Below, piece after piece: positions 56,964 through 64,000 of a DNA stretch of 64,000 bases (the stretch's first letter is position 1; every line of letters starts with the position of its first letter). Under the pieces are notes generated by a model that worked only from the letters and a program-made list of their open reading frames with translations, did no database searches and was not told the DNA's origin. Position numbers and translations under genes: made by a program. The stretch is from a virus. Location: positions 1 to 64,000 of IMG/VR virus record IMGVR_UViG_3300017784_007549. One strand, written 5' to 3'.

Positions 56964-59264
56964 ATGCCAATAAGATCTATTGAAAAGATTAAGATAGGTA
57001 ATTACCCAGATGGTAAGTTCGCAAATGGATATATATACTCTGCTCAAATTAGTCAAGGATATAGCGAAAACTCTAATAAATTAACAATTGATATCGTTTA
57101 TGAACAAAATGCAAATATCGTATTACCTGATAAAAATTTAACTACTTCTTATAGAGTCCAATTTGGAGATATTGTTTTTCCTCAAATGTATTTTATTGCT
57201 CATTCTAAAAGCGTAGGGGTAAATGAAGAAACAATTACTTGTACTTTTTCGGATAATTCAGTTTTACTTGATAGATATTTTGTTGGACTTACAAATAGAC
57301 ATTATAGAATTGGAGAAAATAATGGGGCATTTAATGTAAGTGTAATTTGTGCTAATTGTGATAATACAATAGGAATAAGAAATGGAAATGTTTTTAGAGC
57401 CGTAGCAAGTTCTCCTAATCTTTTAGTAAATAATCTTTTAGTTGTTGGCGATGAAGAGTTTGTTGATCAAGCTTGTGATGTGCCAGATGTTAAATATAAC
57501 TTTACAAGCCTTCTTGCTACGATGGCAAAAATACCTAATTTTTCTTTTAAAAATTTTACGGATATAAATCCAAATTATAGAACTTCTTATACAGGAACTC
57601 TCAGGGAAGTTTTATCTAATTGGTGCTCTGATTTTGGTTTTAGTTTTTATTGGGATTTTATAAGTAATAGTTTAATTTGTATCGATCTTAGAGATCCAAT
57701 AGATTTAACTCCTGTTTCAAATTTTATAACAGAAAATTTTAATCAAGCAAATTCAATCTCAAATTTACCTGTATCAAATTATTCTGAGCAAGAAAGTTTA
57801 GAGGGTACATACCAACAAGATAATATTGATTTTGTTTTAAAACCTTCTAGGACGAAAGAAAGACAATTTGTAGATTTTTTTCCAATAACATACAATTGTT
57901 TAACTGTAGAAAATGCCTTTTCAAATGATTATTTTAATTATGGAAGTGCTTTTAGAATTGGTTGTGTTTTAGCAAAATATAATCAACAAGCAAGAACCTT
58001 GTATCATTTACAAGGTAATAGATATGGGCTTGTTGGTTTTAATTTAGTATACAATGGTATAGAAACTTATGTTTTGCAAAATGTTTTAAAAAACATAAAT
58101 GAATTTTATTATTCTGGTGGTCCAACGAGAATAATATTAGGAATTTATAATCAAAGTGTCGATCTAGCAAATGGAGATCGAGAGGCTGCGATTGCTAGTA
58201 ATTTTATAGGAAAATATTATTATAATGCAAACTATGTAAAATGGAAAGACTTATATTGCGATAATAATGCTAGACTAACCTTATCAACAACAGTTGTGCC
58301 AGATCCAGACTGTACTAGTCCTCTTCCTTGGAAAGAATATGGCGGAACATATGTTCCTCCCGGAGTAGGAGTTAATTGTTTACACACTAGAGGAGGGGCT
58401 GCTTACTCAGAAAGTAATGTTGAGGGTTTTAATATGGATAATATAGGACCAATATTTACTAATATTGAAGGAGAATTGGCTGACCAAGTATACAATGCTC
58501 TTTTAACTATAAATCGATTTGACCCAAAACCAGATAGATATAGAGGTTTAACAATTATTGCTTATAAACCTTTATTATCAGTAAGTTCTACTAATAATAA
58601 TTATAATTCTGCAGAAGAAGGTTTTATACCAGCTCAATATGAATCTAATCAGATTTTTGGATGTTCAACTGTTTGCGAAAAAGATGCTGGATCTGAAATT
58701 TGCAGTAGAGTTTGCACAAGACTATCTACTCCAAATTATGGTTTAGTTAGTAAACTATCTGGTGGAATATTCGTAACGAATTTATTTAATAATTCAAATA
58801 TGAGTATAGTTTTTCCATCTGAACAAAGTTATTTAGGTTATATAAAAGCCGAAGGAACTCTATATTATACAGAAAAGGGAATTAAGGCGATGAATCTTAC
58901 TAGTAATACTAATTTTAAAGTAGATCCAAATGCGATGGCTTATTCAATTAATCTAAATGATATAACCACAGAAGAACCATCTGTAGGAACTTTAAATATT
59001 AAAACAATTGATCAAAATAGTAATGAACTAAGTATTGTGCAGAAAAATTCTAGAAAGAATATTTCTTTAAAAATAATTGGAATGAATTATGGTAATCTCA
59101 ATAGTTATCTTAATCCTCAATCTGGTTTGACTAGTTTGAATGTTTATTTAAATGATAATGGCGTATTTACAGATTTAAATTTTGAAAATAGACCTGCTCA
59201 AAAATCAAAAGCTGAAGTAGTTATGCAAAAGATTGGGCCACAAAAAATAAGGGTTATAAAATAA
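56964..59264 (+). CDS. Cys-rich tail tip/central hub protein (putative)
   Basis: 766 aa; GTLREVLSNWCSDFGFSFYWD hub-like segment; GTGTAA at 56930. Confidence 0.5.
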   Translation: MPIRSIEKIKIGNYPDGKFANGYIYSAQISQGYSENSNKLTIDIVYEQNANIVLPDKNLTTSYRVQFGDIVFPQMYFIAHSKSVGVNEETITCTFSDNSVLLDRYFVGLTNRHYRIGENNGAFNVSVICANCDNTIGIRNGNVFRAVASSPNLLVNNLLVVGDEEFVDQACDVPDVKYNFTSLLATMAKIPNFSFKNFTDINPNYRTSYTGTLREVLSNWCSDFGFSFYWDFISNSLICIDLRDPIDLTPVSNFITENFNQANSISNLPVSNYSEQESLEGTYQQDNIDFVLKPSRTKERQFVDFFPITYNCLTVENAFSNDYFNYGSAFRIGCVLAKYNQQARTLYHLQGNRYGLVGFNLVYNGIETYVLQNVLKNINEFYYSGGPTRIILGIYNQSVDLANGDREAAIASNFIGKYYYNANYVKWKDLYCDNNARLTLSTTVVPDPDCTSPLPWKEYGGTYVPPGVGVNCLHTRGGAAYSESNVEGFNMDNIGPIFTNIEGELADQVYNALLTINRFDPKPDRYRGLTIIAYKPLLSVSSTNNNYNSAEEGFIPAQYESNQIFGCSTVCEKDAGSEICSRVCTRLSTPNYGLVSKLSGGIFVTNLFNNSNMSIVFPSEQSYLGYIKAEGTLYYTEKGIKAMNLTSNTNFKVDPNAMAYSINLNDITTEEPSVGTLNIKTIDQNSNELSIVQKNSRKNISLKIIGMNYGNLNSYLNPQSGLTSLNVYLNDNGVFTDLNFENRPAQKSKAEVVMQKIGPQKIRVIK

Positions 59265-59265
59265 T

Positions 59266-62049
59266 ATGATTTTTAGTGGAAATAATTATTTATCATTAAG
59301 TTACCAAACTGGTTTATCTTTTAATGTAGATGTAGCAGTAGATAATTTAAATGGTAATTGTAACTTAGGTTTTAGTGGACAAAATAAAAATTTAAATTTT
59401 AAATTTGATCAGGGCAAAATTTTTGATCCAGAAAATAGACTAGTTTATTTTTACGAAGCAAATGAAAATATTAATATATCTGGAGATATTTCTCCCAATA
59501 AATATTCCTATTATATAAATAATGATCCTATTTGTTTGAATGGAAATAAAACTTCTTATACGATAAGTGGATATTATGTTAATACATCAAATTGTAGCGC
59601 TGATTCAAAAGTGATAATTCAAGGAGCAAGGCCAACCTATAGTTTAAATTTAAGTCCAATTTTTTATATAACTGGAATAAATTATCTTACTGGATCTATA
59701 AATAATGGTAATAATTTAAATTTTCAAATATATAGTGGTTCTGTTTCAATTCCAGAAGGCTTTACTATTCAAAATATATCAAATTTTGTAACCAACACGG
59801 GTTATTTTCAAATTAACCACTATCCAATTACTAGTGGTCAGTTAGAAGACGAAAGACTATATGAAGTACAATTAAATCTTTTTACAAATTTTGGAGAAGT
59901 TACTGAGAATTTTACAACGACAGGTTCTTATTCAGGTTATGTTAATGTTAATTTGGATGTGTCCAATATATCAGATTTTTTTACAAGAACTGGAATTCAA
60001 ACTGGCCTTGGAAACTTTAAAGATAATAATTTTTCTACAACTTTTAGTATTATAAGTGGAAGTTTAAGGTCTGCTCCAACAGAATTAAATAAATATCTAC
60101 ATGTAAAATTAGAATATAGTGGTGGAAATACTGGTAATTTTAATTATAATATTTTTGCAACTGGATATAGAAATGATACTATAACTGGATTTATAAGTGG
60201 TACAGGATTTTTATCTAAACGAATTAGTTTTGCTGGAACTGGATATGATGATATTTCTGGCATTTCTAGAACAGGATTTATAACTGGAGTAATAGGGAAT
60301 TCATTTGCTATTAACGGGTCAACTAATCAAAATGTTAATATAATATATTCTGGTTATATAAATGATTATCTTGTTACTACAGCTTCTAGAATAACGATAA
60401 GTGGTGCAGCAATAAATGGAGAATTAAATTACTATAGCTATTTATATATAAATGAGTATAATGATACAGTCAATATCAGTGGAAATGATTTAAGAACTGG
60501 TGATTTTTTTGGATCTTCTGTTGCAGGAACTTTAGGCCAATTAGTTATAATTGGTAGTCCGGGGTCTGATCTTAATACATATAGAGATGCAGGTAGTATA
60601 TACATTTTCACTGGTTCAAATACAGGGCTTTCTCAAGTAGCTAAAATAACTGGAGATAATTTACGTACTGGAGATGGATTTGGCTCAAGTTTAGCCGCAA
60701 GTACTAATGGAAATATTATTTACGTTGGAGCAACTGGTAAAAAAATCAACGGAATAAATTCAGTTACTGGTGGGGCAGTTTTTATATTTACTGGAAATTA
60801 TTTGATAAATTCATGGGTACAAGATATGATGCTAACTGGAAGTGACGCAAGCGGAATAGATTTATTTGGATATTCAGTAGCCAATAATATAACAAATAAT
60901 ATTTTAAGCGTAGGTGCGCCAAATAAAAAAATAGGAAACTCTTCTTCTGCTGGTGCTGCTTACCTTTTTACTGGAAACGGAATAGATTTTTGGTCACAAT
61001 GGTCTGGAAAAATCACTGGTCAAGATACGGCTGCTGGAGATAGTTTTGGTTTTTCAACAAAAATTTCTGATAATGGACAGAATATCTTCGTAGGTGCACC
61101 AAATGATACTCTAGGATCATATACAAATGCTGGAGCAGTTTATATTTTTACTGGCAATGCAATAGATTTTTGGGCCCAATCATTAAAAATAACAGGATCA
61201 AGATTAAATACTAATCATGGATTTGGACATTCAATATCTATAAATTCGAACGGAAGAATTATTGCTATAGGCGCAACTGGAAGCAATTTAGCTTCAGGAA
61301 ATGTTTATGTATTCACTGGAAATGGTACAAATTTGTGGAGAGAAAGTCAAATATTAACTGGAAGTGATTTAAATTCTAATGCTCAATTTGGGTATTCAAT
61401 TAAAATGAATCCAGATGCGACGAAACTTTTAGTTGGCGCAGTTAATAGAACTGTGGGAGGAAGTACATCGGCGGGAAGTATTTATGTATTTACTGGTCAA
61501 AATGGTTTTTGGATTCAAGATAGATTAATCACAGGAAATTTAATTCAAAATAATAAAAAATTAGGATATTCATTAGATTTCTTTAATAATGAATCTTCGA
61601 TAATTGCTGGAATACCGCTTTATGATAACAATACTTATGCAGACTGTGGATTAGTAAAAAGATTCGATTACTTACAACTTTCTGGTTTTATAGAAAAAAT
61701 TATAGCCACAGGAAATATATCTTCAACTAATTCCTATTTAGCTACTGGAAATATTACTGGAAATTCATATAAAAGAATTTTTACAGAAGCATTTAATTTA
61801 CTTACTGGTTTTTATATAAGCGGCAATCCAACTGGATTGGTAGATTTTTCAGCTAATAATTATATACAAAATGGATATTATGTGAGAAGTGGAATAATAA
61901 ATACTGGAATTAATAATATTTTTATTCAAGTTAAAACTAAAAATTATCCTGATATTAATGTATTGACGGGAAAATTAACTATTAGTGGTTATACTTTAGA
62001 TAATAAAAGTAATAACATTGATATACAATATATAACAGGAGCAAGGTAA
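59266..62049 (+). CDS. Tail protein with an FG-GAP-like beta-propeller
   Basis: Repeated FG.S......VGAP....AGAVYIFTG units. Confidence 0.8.
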   Translation: MIFSGNNYLSLSYQTGLSFNVDVAVDNLNGNCNLGFSGQNKNLNFKFDQGKIFDPENRLVYFYEANENINISGDISPNKYSYYINNDPICLNGNKTSYTISGYYVNTSNCSADSKVIIQGARPTYSLNLSPIFYITGINYLTGSINNGNNLNFQIYSGSVSIPEGFTIQNISNFVTNTGYFQINHYPITSGQLEDERLYEVQLNLFTNFGEVTENFTTTGSYSGYVNVNLDVSNISDFFTRTGIQTGLGNFKDNNFSTTFSIISGSLRSAPTELNKYLHVKLEYSGGNTGNFNYNIFATGYRNDTITGFISGTGFLSKRISFAGTGYDDISGISRTGFITGVIGNSFAINGSTNQNVNIIYSGYINDYLVTTASRITISGAAINGELNYYSYLYINEYNDTVNISGNDLRTGDFFGSSVAGTLGQLVIIGSPGSDLNTYRDAGSIYIFTGSNTGLSQVAKITGDNLRTGDGFGSSLAASTNGNIIYVGATGKKINGINSVTGGAVFIFTGNYLINSWVQDMMLTGSDASGIDLFGYSVANNITNNILSVGAPNKKIGNSSSAGAAYLFTGNGIDFWSQWSGKITGQDTAAGDSFGFSTKISDNGQNIFVGAPNDTLGSYTNAGAVYIFTGNAIDFWAQSLKITGSRLNTNHGFGHSISINSNGRIIAIGATGSNLASGNVYVFTGNGTNLWRESQILTGSDLNSNAQFGYSIKMNPDATKLLVGAVNRTVGGSTSAGSIYVFTGQNGFWIQDRLITGNLIQNNKKLGYSLDFFNNESSIIAGIPLYDNNTYADCGLVKRFDYLQLSGFIEKIIATGNISSTNSYLATGNITGNSYKRIFTEAFNLLTGFYISGNPTGLVDFSANNYIQNGYYVRSGIINTGINNIFIQVKTKNYPDINVLTGKLTISGYTLDNKSNNIDIQYITGAR

Positions 62050-62055
62050 TAATTT

Positions 62056-62661
62056 ATGGCAATGAAATTCATGCAGGACTATGGCAATAATCTTCCAGAT
62101 TGGGCTTATTACTATGTAGACAATTTCGACTTTGGGCATTTAGAATTTGGTGGAAACTATAGCGTAGAAAAATTTGTAGATTTTCTAGTCCAAACTAGTA
62201 TTACTCCATATGTACAATTATATTTATATCAAAATGGTTTGATCGTTCAGCCTCAAGATGGTAGTGAATTTAGTTTTCATTTATTATATTCAATTGACTA
62301 TGTAAATCTAAATATAGGAAGAGATGTTTCTCATATTGCGAATATATATTCCGACGGTTTATCTAGTAGATTTATGGCTGCTAACACAGATTTAACATTT
62401 GTTTCATCTTTATCGTCTTCTCTTTATAATGCTGGTCTGGACATTTATACTCGAAATTATGGAATTTTTGCTGAAGCTAATTTAAACGAAGCTTATATAG
62501 GAGTTCAAAAAGGTAATGGTGAAGCTCTTATATATTTAGATACAGTTAATATACCATCAACTGCTGGTAATAAAGAAATAGTTATTAGAGAAATAGAAGT
62601 CTGCTCTGATGGGGTAAAAAAGAAAATGCTTATTTTAGCTAGTCAACCTTATAGCTTCTAA
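62056..62661 (+). CDS. Tail-associated protein
   Basis: Last plus-strand gene of the block; C-terminal REIEVC..G.KKKMLILASQPY. Confidence 0.55.
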   Translation: MAMKFMQDYGNNLPDWAYYYVDNFDFGHLEFGGNYSVEKFVDFLVQTSITPYVQLYLYQNGLIVQPQDGSEFSFHLLYSIDYVNLNIGRDVSHIANIYSDGLSSRFMAANTDLTFVSSLSSSLYNAGLDIYTRNYGIFAEANLNEAYIGVQKGNGEALIYLDTVNIPSTAGNKEIVIREIEVCSDGVKKKMLILASQPYSF

Positions 62662-62843
62662 AGTTTTTTTAAAGTTTTTGGATTAAAAATTTCTAAAATT
62701 CTATTAAACTCTGGAACTTCCAGTCCTTTTAATTCTGCTCTGCTTAGAAATTTGAATATTAAATCCAAATCTTTTTTAGAAATAATTAATTCAAATTTAT
62801 CTGACGGAAGTATATTGTTTATATTAAATTGCTCTTGGTTCAT
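62658..62843 (-). CDS. Small hypothetical protein
   Basis: 61 aa, ATGA-coupled to the upstream minus-strand gene. Confidence 0.55.
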   Translation of the reverse strand: MNQEQFNINNILPSDKFELIISKKDLDLIFKFLSRAELKGLEVPEFNRILEIFNPKTLKKL

Positions 62844-63640
62844 GTTTTTTTGATCCTTTCAATTAATTCAAATATTTTGCTCTTAGGAATATCTAAGATA
62901 CTATTTAAATTTTCAGCATTTTCAAATTTTTCTTTAATTAATTTTTTCTTTAATTGATCAAAGTTAATATTCTTATCTTTCATTATTTTTTCAAGAACCG
63001 CTTGAGGAGAAGTTGGGTTATCATTAATGCTTGATGCTTGATCTAATAATTTTACATCTCCAAGCTCTTCTTGAGATACAATATTAATTTTCAAGAAGTT
63101 TCTTACACATCTAACGAAAGCTCGATTTTCAGCAATAGCAGCTAAAAAGAATCTAGCGAAACTCTTTGTGTTATTTACTGTAGCATCGGCAAGAGATTCA
63201 AAGACAATCTCCTTACCGCCAGTTTCATAATTTGGCAACCAAGTAATCTTACAGCTTGTTGCAAAATAACTTTCAGAAGCTGCTACAACTTTATATTCAA
63301 CACTTGTATATCCACGAATTTGGGCAAGCTCTTTGATTCCGCCTAAGAGAATAAGTAAATCTTTATCTTGGAGTTTTGAAACATCTGTTTCTTGAGTCTT
63401 TTGTCTATTTGGCACTAGATGCTCAGTCTTTACCATTTTGCGCCAATTAATTGTTCCGTCATCATTAAATACATAATTAAGGCTCTTGTCTTCAATAAGA
63501 CCATATTGGTTTCTTGTTATTAAATTGGGAGGAACTACTTGAGGAGTTCCTGTTTTCTGTTCTGAAAGGACAATAGCTTCAAACAATTCCGAACTACCAA
63601 TTGAGATTGTATTTTCTTCTGATTTTATTTTAGGACTCAT
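62840..63640 (-). CDS. Hypothetical protein; possible Rad52/Sak-like single-strand annealing protein
   Basis: AIAENRAFVRCVRNFLKINIVSQEE resembles the AE.RA..R....L.I....EE motif. Confidence 0.5.
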   Translation of the reverse strand: MSPKIKSEENTISIGSSELFEAIVLSEQKTGTPQVVPPNLITRNQYGLIEDKSLNYVFNDDGTINWRKMVKTEHLVPNRQKTQETDVSKLQDKDLLILLGGIKELAQIRGYTSVEYKVVAASESYFATSCKITWLPNYETGGKEIVFESLADATVNNTKSFARFFLAAIAENRAFVRCVRNFLKINIVSQEELGDVKLLDQASSINDNPTSPQAVLEKIMKDKNINFDQLKKKLIKEKFENAENLNSILDIPKSKIFELIERIKKT

Positions 63641-63646
63641 ATAAAG

Positions 63647-63675
63647 ATGATACCACTTATTATATCATTGGTCAA
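63647..63675 (-). promoter_or_regulatory. sigma70 promoter TTGACC-N17-TATCAT, leaderless
   Basis: -10 ends 6 nt before ATG 63640. Confidence 0.75.
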
Positions 63676-64000
63676 GGTTAAAAATATAAAGATTATTTAA
63701 TTCTTTGCTTAATTCTGAATCGTTAAGGTATTTATTAGACATATCTTTTGTTTGCCATTGATATTTGCTATTGAATTGACCTTCGGAAGATATTAAGATT
63801 CGCGAAGATTTAAAGTATGTATTATTACTTATTTCAATTTTATCAGTTGGGTCATCTCGTTTTACAATAAGACCATAATCCATATAATGCAATTTAAATT
63901 GATTTAACTCTTCTTCCGAGAGATAAGATATAAAAGCCGCATTAATAGTATTTATTTTTAATGTCTTTGCAAAAGATGCATCATTATCTTTTTCAACAAT
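63665..64000 (-). CDS. Hypothetical protein truncated by the window end
   Basis: Frame stays open from 63892 to 64000 (IVEKDNDASFAKTL...). Confidence 0.7.
   Translation of the reverse strand: MVEKDNDASFAKTLKINTINAAFISYLSEEELNQFKLHYMDYGLIVKRDDPTDKIEISNNTYFKSSRILISSEGQFNSKYQWQTKDMSNKYLNDSELSKELNNLYIFNLDQ

Noticed and set aside
1-64000. Stop-codon reassignment, tRNAs, introns or inteins
   Set aside because: Genes tile densely in the standard code, TerL and MCP are uninterrupted and of normal size, and I saw no tRNA-like sequence by eye (tRNAscan was not run).
1-64000. Assignment of a specific host phylum
   Set aside because: The sequence supports only a diderm host that probably tolerates leaderless mRNA; anything finer needs a database search.

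Overview
This 64 kb window is an AT-rich fragment of a large tailed dsDNA phage (Caudoviricetes) using the standard genetic code. No tail sheath gene is recognisable, so it is probably siphovirus-like. Several lysis-associated lipoproteins suggest a Gram-negative host. Layout: (1) 1-1.5 kb, GC-richer minus-strand early-type genes with host sigma70-like, nearly leaderless promoters and a repeated 25-bp palindrome. (2) PhoH, a Zn-ribbon protein, a sigma70-family-like factor, an ERCC4 nuclease, large terminase and portal. (3) Three large fibre/adhesin genes, then a sulfotransferase-glycosyltransferase pair and a lysis cassette. (4) Protease/scaffold, decoration protein and major capsid protein. 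(5) A second fibre locus with five tandem LamG-like paralogs. (6) Neck, tail tube, tape measure and tail-tip genes, followed by convergent minus-strand genes. Strongest candidates for undescribed biology: (a) a directional Thr-Gly/Ser-Gly signature confined to predicted surface-exposed virion proteins, next to a glycosyltransferase and sulfotransferase (possible virion glyco-sulfation); (b) G[FY][IMV]PN[FA] repeats in the tape measure protein bracketing a PD-(D/E)xK-like cargo domain; (c) a GTGTAA late-promoter regulon plausibly read by a Cys-rich phage sigma factor. All functional calls come from motif recognition by eye; no database searches were run.
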